DNA of 64,000 nucleotides from a virus (IMGVR_UViG_3300029305_006500), one strand, 5' to 3'. Shown: positions 17,723-27,688, numbered from the stretch's first letter. The notes: generated by a model from the sequence alone, not told the origin. Numbers and translations are program-made.

Positions 17723-18646
17723 ATGGGAGATAGATATTCTTACTCAAAAATTGATGTCTATAAATCCTGTCCTTGGCATTTTAAACTTAGGTACATAGAC
17801 GGTAACTTTATAGATACCGGAGGGCTTGCTACCGAACTTGGTACTTTAATACATGAAACCGAAGAAGCTATAGCTAATAATATCAAGGCAGGCTTACATA
17901 TAAATTATGTACAGCTTAAAAATAATATTATTTTAAATATGCTACAGCTAGAACATAAATACACTGATAGTTTTCATACTTTGGATAAGTCCAATCGTAG
18001 TTGTAAAGATAAGATTTTTGGTTACTTAGAATCAGGTATTTATAGACTTGAAAAATTTTTACTTGCTAATAATCATATTGAAGTTTTAGATACTGAAAAA
18101 GAATTTGAATTTACCTTACCTGGCACAGAAACAGTTTTTCATGGTTTTATTGACCGCATTCTTTATAATAAGCGTCAAATGAAATATATCGTTCAGGATA
18201 TAAAAACTTATGCTGTTCCAGTAGAAAAGAAAAATTTAGATGTACCTCTTCAATTTGTAATTTATGCCCATGCAATGAAAGAGCTTTATGGAATTAGCAC
18301 AGAGGAAATAGACTGTGCTTATGATTTACCCTTCTGTGATCTTACGCAGGCTGCAGGAACCACTGATTTTATAGATCGTGGTACTGAAAAAGTTATTGAA
18401 CTTTTAAATAATATTAATAAAAAAGAATTTGCACCAAAACCTTCTCCTCTCTGTCATTGGTGTGAATTTTGCCCTACAAATCCAAATCAGCCTGAGGCTG
18501 GTAAAAACTTATGTCCATATCATTCTTTGTGGACGCGTGAAAATAAGACCCACCAGGTTGCTTCAAGCTGGGCTGGTCTTGATCAGCATGAGCTTGTATT
18601 GTTCGAGTATATCAAATGTCAAAATCCAAGCTCAAATGTTGTATAA
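17723..18646 (+). CDS. PD-(D/E)xK exonuclease (RecB/AddB/Cas4-like, Cys cluster)
   Basis: SYSKI...CP, GTLIH, GFIDR, DIKT, QF..Y, CHWCEFC. Confidence 0.85.
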   Translation: MGDRYSYSKIDVYKSCPWHFKLRYIDGNFIDTGGLATELGTLIHETEEAIANNIKAGLHINYVQLKNNIILNMLQLEHKYTDSFHTLDKSNRSCKDKIFGYLESGIYRLEKFLLANNHIEVLDTEKEFEFTLPGTETVFHGFIDRILYNKRQMKYIVQDIKTYAVPVEKKNLDVPLQFVIYAHAMKELYGISTEEIDCAYDLPFCDLTQAAGTTDFIDRGTEKVIELLNNINKKEFAPKPSPLCHWCEFCPTNPNQPEAGKNLCPYHSLWTRENKTHQVASSWAGLDQHELVLFEYIKCQNPSSNVV

Positions 18647-18665
18647 TAAAATATAAGGAGATATT

Positions 18666-19472
18666 ATGCAGCAAAATAAACTTTATGATGTTATCATTCT
18701 TGGAGCCTCTAGCCATGGATTAGCTTTAGCTGAAATGATAGAAGATAGCTGTTCTACTGCCCTAGTTAGCTCTAATTTTACTCATAAGACTAAAAAACAA
18801 AGTCTTGATTCTACAGATTTAATACAAGGAACTGCAGTCTACCTATCTTATATGCGAGGTTTATTTGTACTAAGCTTAGAAAATCGAGAAAAAGTAGTGG
18901 GTAAAAATTTAGTTATTGCTACAGGCACTAAACCAAAAAAGAGCGCTTTAAGAAATCAAAATATTAGGTACAATATCAGCGAACTAACTGAGAAGAATAA
19001 AATAGCACAGGCAGTAGTTTACGGTCATGATGAATTGGCAGTACAATACTCAATTAGTCTTGCAAAACTCTTTAAATATGTATATTTGTGTAGTGATACT
19101 TTTGAGTTGGATTGTAGCAAAAAAGTTCAGAAGCAGTTTAATGAGCTAGTAAATGTTGTCCACTTGCCTGGGTGTACAGTGCTATCTTGTAAAAATGATG
19201 CTAAAGGACAGCTAGTAGAAATAACATTGGATACCTATGATACTATTAAAACTTCTACTTTAGTTATGTCAATTGGAAGGCTACCCGACTTACCTTCATT
19301 TTTAAATCAATATATTAAGAAAGATCCAGATGGTTATGCTATAACTAAAGAGTACTCAGAAAGTACTAGCATTCCTAAAGTATATGCTATTGGTGGGCTA
19401 CTTAAAAAATCTACTAAAAAAAGTTTAACTACTCTTGCAATTAAGTTAAAGGAGGAGACTGTAAATGCTTGA
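18666..19472 (+). CDS. Degenerate thioredoxin reductase (TrxB)-fold protein
   Basis: YDVIILG, VIATG, SIGRLP, DGY..T, TSIPKVYAIG; GxGxxG motifs eroded and CxxC absent. Confidence 0.7.
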   Translation: MQQNKLYDVIILGASSHGLALAEMIEDSCSTALVSSNFTHKTKKQSLDSTDLIQGTAVYLSYMRGLFVLSLENREKVVGKNLVIATGTKPKKSALRNQNIRYNISELTEKNKIAQAVVYGHDELAVQYSISLAKLFKYVYLCSDTFELDCSKKVQKQFNELVNVVHLPGCTVLSCKNDAKGQLVEITLDTYDTIKTSTLVMSIGRLPDLPSFLNQYIKKDPDGYAITKEYSESTSIPKVYAIGGLLKKSTKKSLTTLAIKLKEETVNA

Positions 19473-20040
19473 CGAAAATCAAATCTATCAAAACAAGATG
19501 AAATTTATGGAGCTTGCTACGAAGCTTAACATAGATTTGACTGACCTTTATAAATATCTAGATAGCGTGGAATACTTTACAAAACCTGCTACTACTCAAT
19601 ATTTTAGAGCTTATTCTGGTGGGCTTTGTCAGTATGCTTTGGATCTTGCTTTTGAATTAGCAAGCATGGTAAATGCATATTGTCCTGGTAAGTATTCAAC
19701 AGAAGATATTCTTAAAGTAGCATTATTTAAAGACCTATATAGAGCTGAACTTTATGAGAGTTATTTTAAAAACGTCAAGAACGACCAGACTGGACAGTGG
19801 GAAATGCAGCCAGCTTTTAGGTACCGTGAGCAACGTCCTACTTTTGGCGATATAGGTTTTAGCTCGTATATGATTGCTAAACGTTTTATTTCATTTACGG
19901 ATGAGCAAATTGAAGCTATTACTCAAGCGTCTGCTAAAAGTGATTATGCTGGAGATATTCATGACATAATGCGTAGGTATCCATTAGTAACACTTACAAA
20001 AATGGCTGATATTGCTACAACGTACTTAGGTGAAGCATAA
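19465..20040 (+). CDS. Degenerate HD-domain protein
   Basis: PA...AYSGGL, ALFKDL (HD becomes KD), NVKN..TGQWE, MAD; His ligands replaced. Confidence 0.7.
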   Translation: MLDENQIYQNKMKFMELATKLNIDLTDLYKYLDSVEYFTKPATTQYFRAYSGGLCQYALDLAFELASMVNAYCPGKYSTEDILKVALFKDLYRAELYESYFKNVKNDQTGQWEMQPAFRYREQRPTFGDIGFSSYMIAKRFISFTDEQIEAITQASAKSDYAGDIHDIMRRYPLVTLTKMADIATTYLGEA

Positions 20041-20048
20041 GTTAACTA

Positions 20049-20085
20049 GAGCGACGGCTATACAAAGTATTCGTCGCTCATTTTT
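20049..20085 (+). terminator. Intrinsic terminator
   Basis: GAGCGACG/CGTCGCTC stem plus T tract. Confidence 0.75.
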
Positions 20086-20105
20086 ATTAGAAAGGAACTT
20101 ATTTT

Positions 20106-21137
20106 ATGCGTATACTTATATTTACAGATAATCATTTTAGTGAGAAATCTTCTATTGTTACTAAGTATGGCACAAATTTTACAATAAGATTAGAAAATCA
20201 AATTCGATCTTTAAATTGGGTAGAGCGCACAGCTCATGATAAAGAATGTGATTTTGTGATATGCTTGGGAGATTTTTTTGATCATGCACATTTGACTGAC
20301 CAAGAATTGACTGCTTTAGATCAGATTCAGTGGAACTCTTTAGATCATTACTTTTTGGTAGGTAATCATGAAAGTGAAGAAAACGACCTACAATATAGCT
20401 CTACAATGGCTTTAGCTGGATTACATAGATATATTGTAAGTGAACCTGTTATTAAACAAATTGATACTAATACAGAGCTTGCCTTTCTTCCTTATATTGT
20501 AGAAAGTAATCGCAGAGCTATCACGGATTACTTTGAGCCGATGAATAAAAAAACTAGAATTTTGCTATCGCATAATGATTTATTAGGAATTCAAATGGGG
20601 CCCATAGTTTCTAGAACTGGTTTTTCAGTTGATGAACTAGAAAGTATTGCTTCTATTGTCTTTAATGGGCATCTTCATAATGGGCAAGCTATTACAGATA
20701 AAATTATTAATCTTGGTAATTTAACAGGAGCTAATTTTAGTGAAGATGCTTTAAGATACTCCCATAGAGTTGTTATCTTAGATACAGAAACTCTTGAATA
20801 TGAGTATATTGAAAATCCTTTTGCATTTAATTTTTATAAGTTAGATATTAATGAGACAGCTGATATTGCAATGTTAACAAATTTAAAACAAAATGCAGTT
20901 GTGTCTATAAAATGTAAAGATTTTTTGCTACAAGAAGTTCGGGAAACCTTAGAAGGACTAGAAAATATTATTGAGTCTAGAGTTATTATTACAAAAGATT
21001 ACGTGGAGAATGCTAATGAAATAGCAGATATTTCTTCCCTGATGGTAGATCAATGTGCGAAGTTTGCAGAATGCTGCCGAGCAAAATTAGATAATAATGC
21101 TATTCTTGAAGCTGAATTGGCTGAAATACTAAAATAG
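20106..21137 (+). CDS. SbcD/Mre11 (gp47-like) nuclease
   Basis: DNH, GDFFD, GNHE, SH, GHLH metallophosphoesterase motifs. Confidence 0.88.
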   Translation: MRILIFTDNHFSEKSSIVTKYGTNFTIRLENQIRSLNWVERTAHDKECDFVICLGDFFDHAHLTDQELTALDQIQWNSLDHYFLVGNHESEENDLQYSSTMALAGLHRYIVSEPVIKQIDTNTELAFLPYIVESNRRAITDYFEPMNKKTRILLSHNDLLGIQMGPIVSRTGFSVDELESIASIVFNGHLHNGQAITDKIINLGNLTGANFSEDALRYSHRVVILDTETLEYEYIENPFAFNFYKLDINETADIAMLTNLKQNAVVSIKCKDFLLQEVRETLEGLENIIESRVIITKDYVENANEIADISSLMVDQCAKFAECCRAKLDNNAILEAELAEILK

Positions 21138-21188
21138 CAATTATATAGGATTTATTGTATAATATAAATAGGAAGAGGATAATTTTTA

Positions 21189-21587
21189 GTGTTAAAATTT
21201 AAGAAAAACTACAAAAAATTGTATAAAAGCTACAAAAAACTACTAAAAGACCTTAACTTCTCAAATATTAATTCTTGGCAAGACCCAACTAAATATTTTA
21301 TTGCTTATTTAAAAATGATACGGGATTATCGTTTACTTGCTACTTCTGATATAACTAAAATTGAAGAAAACGATGCGGGGCTTGCAGCTTTGATAACTGC
21401 AATTTCGGAATATGAGCTAAGTCAATCCTGTTTTTTTAAATATTATAAAGTAGAAAATGGAATAGTTTCTAGAATAGTAGATACAGACGAAGAAACTACC
21501 TTAAAAAAGTATAGCCAAGAAAAATTATTCCATTGGGAAGCTTTTTGGAATATTGTTAAAATGAGTATAGAGGATTGGGTGGTATAA
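21189..21587 (+). CDS. Hypothetical protein inserted between sbcD- and sbcC-like genes
   Basis: GTG start, GAGG RBS, preceded by TTGTATAAT (21155). Confidence 0.6.
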   Translation: MLKFKKNYKKLYKSYKKLLKDLNFSNINSWQDPTKYFIAYLKMIRDYRLLATSDITKIEENDAGLAALITAISEYELSQSCFFKYYKVENGIVSRIVDTDEETTLKKYSQEKLFHWEAFWNIVKMSIEDWVV

Positions 21588-23461
21588 TGCTAAATTTTGA
21601 AAAACTAATTTTACATAATTTTGGAAGCTATGGCCATGCAGAATTAGATTTACGGAATAAAGGTTTCTGTCTAGTCTCTGGAAAAAATGCTTATAAAAAA
21701 GATAACGCTATTTCCAATGGTTCCGGAAAAAGTTTTTTGTGGAATGCTATTTGTTTTGTTTTTACAGGTGAAACTTTAACTGGTTTACACTCAAATCTGA
21801 AAAATATAAATATTACAGATGATAATACTTGTTACGTAGAATTATTTTTTAGCGAAGGTTTAGATTCCTATCATTTAACCAGAATTGCTAATCCTAGATC
21901 AGATTTAAAAGTCATTAAAAATGATATAGATGTTAGTGGCAAGGGAGTACGAGAGTCTGAAAAGAAGCTAACTGAATTACTTCCAACATTAACTAAAAAT
22001 CTTATTACTTCTACTATTATTATCGGACAAGGTATGCCAAATAAATTTTCTTCTTTTAGTCCAAGTGGACGTAAAGAGTTGCTTGAAAAACTTACAAGAG
22101 CTGACTTTATGATTGAAGATATAAAACAACGTGTTTTAGACAGACAGCTAAAGTTAAGTAGTGATATTAGGGCTAATGAAGATACTTTATTAACGAATCA
22201 ATCCCAGCTTTCTATTATCGAATCAGAACTTAAGTCTAAAACTTCGGAATTTGAAAATCTAATTCAACCTAATTTTGAAGTTGAACTTGCTCAAATTAAT
22301 TTAAAGCATAATGAGCTTTCCTTGTTAATTAATCAAAACAATGAAGTTATAGTCTCTCTAGAAACAGAATATCAAAAGGCTACTGAAGCTTTATTAACTT
22401 TAACTGAGGAAAAATCTAAAGTAGTTACAGAAGAGCAAGAAGCTTATACAAAAGCTATTTTAGAAACTCAACAACGTCAATTAACAATTAAAGCTGAATT
22501 AGATACCGTTATCCGAGAAATTAATAAAATGTCTTCTATAAAAGATACTTGCCCAACTTGTGGACAGGCTATTCCAGGCGCAATAAAACCAGATACTTCA
22601 GCTCTTGAACAAAAACAATTGAATTTGAAAGAACAACTTTCTGAAGTGACTGTAAAGCTTAGCTCTCAAAATACTAAACATCAAGAGTATCAAAAAGTTA
22701 TTGCGAAGCAATTTGATGCAGATTTAATAGCTAAAAAGCAGCTTTGCGAAACATTACGCGCTCAATTAGCTGGTTTAAAGAATACTGTCTCTACTGCCTC
22801 TGCGCAGCAAACAGAGCTACAGACTCAAGCAAATAAATTAAAGTATGAGAGCGAGAATTGGGATAAACGAAGACAGGCTTTATTACAAAGAATAGCTGAT
22901 CTTGAAGCTTCTGTACAAAAATTTAAAAATTCTATCACATTAATAGAACAAGATAAATTAGTACTTGAGGAACATTTTAAAGTAGTTAAAAAAATGGATA
23001 CACTTATTAAGCGTGATTTTCGAGGTTATTTGCTTTCTAATATTATTTCATATATTAATGTTAAAGCAAAGGAATATAGTGAGATAGTATTTGGAACTAA
23101 AGACCTTGAAGTTTACCTTGAAGGTAATGATTTAAATATTTCCTATTGTGGAAAAATGTTTGATAATTTATCCGGTGGCGAAAAGCAACGAGTTGATCTT
23201 ATTCTTCAATTTACTATCCGTAATATGCTTACTGCTTACTTAAATTTTAATTCTAATATTCTTGTCCTAGATGAAATTACAGATTTCTTAGATAAAAAAA
23301 GCTGTGGAGCGGTTTTAGATCTTATTGCTAGAGAACTTAATACTATCGAATCTGTTTTTATCGTTTCCCACCATGCTTCAGAGCTCGCGCTGCCTATCGA
23401 CTCGGAAGTTATTATAAAAAAGAATGAGGCAGGAATAAGTGAGATTATTTCAGGAGCTTAA
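21587..23461 (+). CDS. SbcC/Rad50 (gp46-like) ATPase
   Basis: NGSGKS, coiled coils, CPTC hook, LSGGE, LDE, SH. Confidence 0.92.
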   Translation: MLNFEKLILHNFGSYGHAELDLRNKGFCLVSGKNAYKKDNAISNGSGKSFLWNAICFVFTGETLTGLHSNLKNINITDDNTCYVELFFSEGLDSYHLTRIANPRSDLKVIKNDIDVSGKGVRESEKKLTELLPTLTKNLITSTIIIGQGMPNKFSSFSPSGRKELLEKLTRADFMIEDIKQRVLDRQLKLSSDIRANEDTLLTNQSQLSIIESELKSKTSEFENLIQPNFEVELAQINLKHNELSLLINQNNEVIVSLETEYQKATEALLTLTEEKSKVVTEEQEAYTKAILETQQRQLTIKAELDTVIREINKMSSIKDTCPTCGQAIPGAIKPDTSALEQKQLNLKEQLSEVTVKLSSQNTKHQEYQKVIAKQFDADLIAKKQLCETLRAQLAGLKNTVSTASAQQTELQTQANKLKYESENWDKRRQALLQRIADLEASVQKFKNSITLIEQDKLVLEEHFKVVKKMDTLIKRDFRGYLLSNIISYINVKAKEYSEIVFGTKDLEVYLEGNDLNISYCGKMFDNLSGGEKQRVDLILQFTIRNMLTAYLNFNSNILVLDEITDFLDKKSCGAVLDLIARELNTIESVFIVSHHASELALPIDSEVIIKKNEAGISEIISGA

Positions 23462-23469
23462 GATACAAT

Positions 23470-24288
23470 ATGCAATGGAAAAAAGACCCAACAATGAAAT
23501 ATACTGATATGTGTATATACATAGATCAGCATATTATAGATATAGTAAATCCAGGAGAAAATCCTGAGATTGAAGATAAAGTATATAACTATTTGTGGCT
23601 TTTAGTTAAAGCACTAGCTATTAAAAAATGTATGTTCAATAACTTCCAAGATTACGATCCATTTTCTTTTTACGCGGCCACTAGATTATTTTACGCCTTA
23701 CGTAAAAATTATTGGAATCAAGGAAAAACGATTAAGGGTAAAGAAATTAGACCAATTAAATCGTGTTTGAATTATACAAAAGCTCTATTATATCCAATGA
23801 AAATAGAGTACCAAAATGAATCTTTTAAGGAAGTTATTTCAGAAGAATTTGTATCAAAGAAATTTGACGCCTTTACTTTTAGAGAAAATATGAGAGCAGA
23901 TGCTAGAGACTCTCAAGGAGAGACCTCTCAATTTAGAGCATATGTTCAAGATTCTTTTAAAGATATTGGTGTAACACTAAATAAAGTCTTACAACGTTCT
24001 CCTTTTACTCCAAGTACTCCAGAATATAAGCGACTTAGGATTTCGCTAATGCTTAATGCTTTAGCCTCCATAAAAGCTAAAAATAAACTTAATTCTGAAA
24101 TGCCTACTGTAATAGTTTGGAAACTACCACGCTCTATGCAAAGCTATGTAAGAGTATTGCTTAAAGAGTTTTATTCTGAAATAAAACTAGAAATTATGGA
24201 ATGTCATCGATTAACACATATAGATGATGATTTAATAGATAAGTTACTTCAGCCACCTAAGGAGGATTTAGAGCTTCATGAAGACTAG
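23470..24288 (+). CDS. Putative late sigma factor (T4 gp55-like)
   Basis: Position next to gp46/47 homologues; helical sigma-region-2-like pattern; unexplained late motif in genome. Confidence 0.45.
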   Translation: MQWKKDPTMKYTDMCIYIDQHIIDIVNPGENPEIEDKVYNYLWLLVKALAIKKCMFNNFQDYDPFSFYAATRLFYALRKNYWNQGKTIKGKEIRPIKSCLNYTKALLYPMKIEYQNESFKEVISEEFVSKKFDAFTFRENMRADARDSQGETSQFRAYVQDSFKDIGVTLNKVLQRSPFTPSTPEYKRLRISLMLNALASIKAKNKLNSEMPTVIVWKLPRSMQSYVRVLLKEFYSEIKLEIMECHRLTHIDDDLIDKLLQPPKEDLELHED

Positions 24289-24676
24289 TATTAAAGCAAA
24301 TTTAGATACACTACATTTATCAGATATTTACTCATTAATGCTTTTTGTAATGTACAAGTTGCAAGACATTCCAGATTATGCTGCATTGAGTGAGCTTTGT
24401 TACTTATTAGATGGAGCTAATCTTACTAGGCTTTTAACTTATTTCTCAGGAAAAACCTTACAAGTGCCTACTCAGGAAGAATTTTCAAATATGTCTAAAG
24501 CATTACTATTATATCAATATATAAATATTGATGGGTACTCTTTGGTTGAGGCACAAAAGAAATTAGAGAGTGTAACTCCTAAACAAAGAGACCGTATTAC
24601 AGAGCTTTATGTTAAAATTTTACCAATTATTCGACAATATAATATCGATAGAGGTCAAATAGAACATGGAAAATAA
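24278..24676 (+). CDS. Putative Mor-like transcription activator
   Basis: LLTYFSGKTLQVPT resembles the Mor/C family L..fGG..iYiP motif. Confidence 0.4.
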   Translation: MKTSIKANLDTLHLSDIYSLMLFVMYKLQDIPDYAALSELCYLLDGANLTRLLTYFSGKTLQVPTQEEFSNMSKALLLYQYINIDGYSLVEAQKKLESVTPKQRDRITELYVKILPIIRQYNIDRGQIEHGK

Positions 24677-24893
24677 AATAATACCTCTTGAAGAGTCTCG
24701 TACTTTTGAGACTCGCGTAAAATTTATTGATGAAATCTTTTCAAACTTATATACGCGAGATCAAATTATGGCGAGCTGTATTACTTATAAATTAGATAAG
24801 TCTTTTGAGGCTTATATTAAAGATATTCATAAAAGCCTTTGGAAACTTTCAGGTAAAGATCCAATAGCTATATTACGTAAGATTGATAGATGA
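24666..24893 (+). CDS. Hypothetical protein
   Basis: Coupled ORF, 75 aa. Confidence 0.55.
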   Translation: MENKIIPLEESRTFETRVKFIDEIFSNLYTRDQIMASCITYKLDKSFEAYIKDIHKSLWKLSGKDPIAILRKIDR

Positions 24894-24902
24894 GGATTAA
24901 TT

Positions 24903-25232
24903 ATGGCGAATCAACCTAATATTATTACAGATTTAAGTACGCTTACACATATACCAAATAAAACTCTTTTAGAACTATCTAATAAAATAACTTTATGTAT
25001 TGGAAGCATTATTGCAGAAGCAAAAGCAAAAGGTGAAAATGCTGTAATCATTAATATTGGCATTGGTACCTTAAGTATCGATTTGATCAGTATGCAATGT
25101 AAATTTATGCCATCTAGAGACCTTAAGGGTACTATTAAAAGTTGTATAGCTTCTAATGTAGACCCGTTAGACTTAGCACTTGAAGAAGCTTTAATTGAAA
25201 AGCTTGGGCATTTTTTAGATGAGGTACTTTAA
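24903..25232 (+). CDS. HU/IHF-like protein lacking the beta-arm
   Basis: KGENAVIINIGIGTLSI followed directly by KFMPSRDLK. Confidence 0.5.
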   Translation: MANQPNIITDLSTLTHIPNKTLLELSNKITLCIGSIIAEAKAKGENAVIINIGIGTLSIDLISMQCKFMPSRDLKGTIKSCIASNVDPLDLALEEALIEKLGHFLDEVL

Positions 25233-25234
25233 TT

Positions 25235-25777
25235 ATGATTGAGGAAAATAAAGTAGATAGTTCTTTAGTTGATCCTCAATCTAATTTACCAGCAGCTTAT
25301 AATACTGTAGATTTAAATCAGGAGTCTTTAGCATTATTAGGACAAATTATTGCTGAGAATGATGAGACTAAAACTAAAGATTTAACCTATTTATTTAATG
25401 TAAATCAGAATAAAAAAACCATGGTACGCATGGATAAGCTTAGCGGACTGCAAGACGGCTTAGTAGACCAATTTGTAAAACGAATTAAAGAAAGGCCGGA
25501 TGAGATCTCAAATAAAGAGCTTATGGATGGTTTACGTATTGTTCAAGATATTATTGAAAGAGGCCAACGTCAAATTAGTGAAGTAGATCAGCCTCAACCG
25601 CTGATTCAAATTAATCAACAAAATAACTCTGTAAATGTAGGTGAAGGTACTACAGAGCTTAATAGAGAATCAAGAGAACGTGTTAAAAATGCAGTTCTTG
25701 GTTTGTTACAAGGTTTATCACAACCACCAATTCAAGTACCTTTTATAGAAAAAGAAGAGGAGATACCCGACGAATGA
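25235..25777 (+). CDS. Hypothetical protein, possible terminase small subunit
   Basis: Helical pair followed by IQINQQNNSVNVG strand, reminiscent of T4-like gp16. Confidence 0.35.
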   Translation: MIEENKVDSSLVDPQSNLPAAYNTVDLNQESLALLGQIIAENDETKTKDLTYLFNVNQNKKTMVRMDKLSGLQDGLVDQFVKRIKERPDEISNKELMDGLRIVQDIIERGQRQISEVDQPQPLIQINQQNNSVNVGEGTTELNRESRERVKNAVLGLLQGLSQPPIQVPFIEKEEEIPDE

Positions 25778-26076
25778 TTTCAGATATAAAAAATGTATTG
25801 GCCCGATTAGAAATTGATAATACAGGTTCTTATGAAAATCATTTTTATGTAATTCCTTTAGCAGATAGTAATGAGTATGCTAGAGTCTATACTAAGTTAG
25901 ATAAAAATGCTATTAATACTGAATACCCTGAGTTTACTCAAAATACGAATAATACAACTACACGTATCATAAATTATTTTGAAATAGAAGAAGACACTAT
26001 TAGTTATAATATATTCTTATTTGCCGATTTTGATAATGAAAAATATTACATAAAGATAGGAGAAAAAGTAGGATGA
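25774..26076 (+). CDS. Hypothetical protein
   Basis: ATGA-coupled ORF. Confidence 0.6.
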   Translation: MISDIKNVLARLEIDNTGSYENHFYVIPLADSNEYARVYTKLDKNAINTEYPEFTQNTNNTTTRIINYFEIEEDTISYNIFLFADFDNEKYYIKIGEKVG

Positions 26077-26432
26077 TTTTTGAATATGATCAGCAGCCGG
26101 TCTTTATGAAAAATATTCAGATAGAAGATATAGGAAATTTTGCTCTTAGATGTAGCAATAGCGCTGGAAAAGAATATTACATTGTAGTAAAAACATATTT
26201 GGGTAAAACAGCTTTAATGAAGTGGGGGCCGGTATACCCAGATATAACTGTATTAATAGATAATATGGATTTATCATTTAAAAAATTTGATTTTAAAGAA
26301 TATACTATAGAGCGCGAGACGGAAAAATTTATTAATGATGGGCGTGCTGGCATTAATGAGGTAGTATTGATTTCTGAGTCAGAAGCCTTATGTTCTATGC
26401 CTACTTCAGCTTCTTACTTAAATAGTCTATAA
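26073..26432 (+). CDS. Hypothetical protein
   Basis: ATGA-coupled ORF. Confidence 0.6.
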   Translation: MIFEYDQQPVFMKNIQIEDIGNFALRCSNSAGKEYYIVVKTYLGKTALMKWGPVYPDITVLIDNMDLSFKKFDFKEYTIERETEKFINDGRAGINEVVLISESEALCSMPTSASYLNSL

Positions 26433-26447
26433 TGAGGTAAATTATTT

Positions 26448-26813
26448 ATGGCGATTAAAGATGTAAAAAATTATTATTATCAAATGCAAGCACAGTATTT
26501 AGAAATGAAAGCAGATTTAGCAGATTTTGAGCAAGCTCTTCAAGATGGTTTTATTACTGAGGATCAATTAGAAGCTGCACGAGAGGAAGTACTTAAAATT
26601 GAAAATAACTATGATAGACTTTCTTATATAATGTATCTTTTAGAAATGCCTAATCGTAGTACTAAAAAATTAGGTTATGCTAAAACTAATAAAGCTGTGT
26701 TAAATTTTTTAACCAGTCATGAAGCTACTGAAACTGAGGTAATTTTAGAAAATAAAAGTGCGCTCGAGCAGCTTCGTAAAGAACTTAATAAACTAAAAAA
26801 AGCGGATGTTTAA
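26448..26813 (+). CDS. Hypothetical coiled-coil protein
   Basis: GAGG RBS; followed by hairpin 26800-26823. Confidence 0.6.
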   Translation: MAIKDVKNYYYQMQAQYLEMKADLADFEQALQDGFITEDQLEAAREEVLKIENNYDRLSYIMYLLEMPNRSTKKLGYAKTNKAVLNFLTSHEATETEVILENKSALEQLRKELNKLKKADV

Positions 26814-26838
26814 GCATCCGCTTAACTCAAATAGAAAG

Positions 26839-26893
26839 TTATTAAATTATAATTTATTAAATTATTAATTTATTAACTTATTAAATTATTAAT
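26839..26893. repeat. AT-rich tandem TTATTAA-type repeats
   Basis: About 7 units of ~8 bp, with one C in 55 nt. Confidence 0.7.
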
Positions 26894-26908
26894 CTACTAG
26901 GAGAACTT

Positions 26909-27688
26909 ATGATTGAAATTATTACTGACCTTGAAAAGCTAACTAACCCAGCAGCTCCTCTAGAATTTCTAACTGAAAAGGGACCAGATGGAACAGAAGG
27001 TAATGAAATTATTACAAAGCTTCTTGATGTTTTAAATGAGCATCCAGATATTGTAGCATTATCAGCACCTCAAATTGGAATAGATCGAAGAATTTTTTGT
27101 ATTAGATTTGATGATCAAATTAAAGTATTTATTGACCCTATTATTACAAAAAAAAGCAATTTTATTATCGCACCTGAAACCTGTGCTTCTATGCCAGGAA
27201 AGGAAATTTTAATTAGCCGGCCAGAAGAACTTACAGTAGTTTATTATACCTCTGCTTATAAATATGAGGAAAATAAGCTTTTAGGGGGTGCCGCTAGAAT
27301 TTTTGATCAGCAATGTCAGTTACTAGATGGTATTACCCCGGCGGAGCTTGGTTTAGTTTCAGATGTGGCAACTGATGGTTCTTTGGCTGACCTTACAGAA
27401 AAGGAAATTATTGAGCTAACTGATTTTTATAAACAGTATGTAAAGGTTAAGCTAGAAGGTCTTACTAAACAGATTGAGGCAGATCCAGAATTAGCTGAAC
27501 GATATAAAAATCTTAGTTTTTCTGAGAAGGTAATTAATGGAAAAGCAGCTTTTGTTGTAGAAGATGGTACAAAACGTAAAGCCGCTGTTAATAAAACTGT
27601 TGCATTATCAATGAAGGGCTTAGCTGATTCAGAAAAAGCTACTAGACAGGCAAATTTAAAACAATTTTTAAACAGGAAGGGAAAATAA
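26909..27688 (+). CDS. Peptide deformylase-like protein with degenerate active site
   Basis: LSAPQIG, ETCAS (for EGCLS), QQCQL (for HExxH). Confidence 0.8.
   Translation: MIEIITDLEKLTNPAAPLEFLTEKGPDGTEGNEIITKLLDVLNEHPDIVALSAPQIGIDRRIFCIRFDDQIKVFIDPIITKKSNFIIAPETCASMPGKEILISRPEELTVVYYTSAYKYEENKLLGGAARIFDQQCQLLDGITPAELGLVSDVATDGSLADLTEKEIIELTDFYKQYVKVKLEGLTKQIEADPELAERYKNLSFSEKVINGKAAFVVEDGTKRKAAVNKTVALSMKGLADSEKATRQANLKQFLNRKGK

Noticed and set aside
17723-18646. Cas4 as part of a CRISPR-Cas system
   Set aside because: No other cas genes or array; the context is replication/recombination
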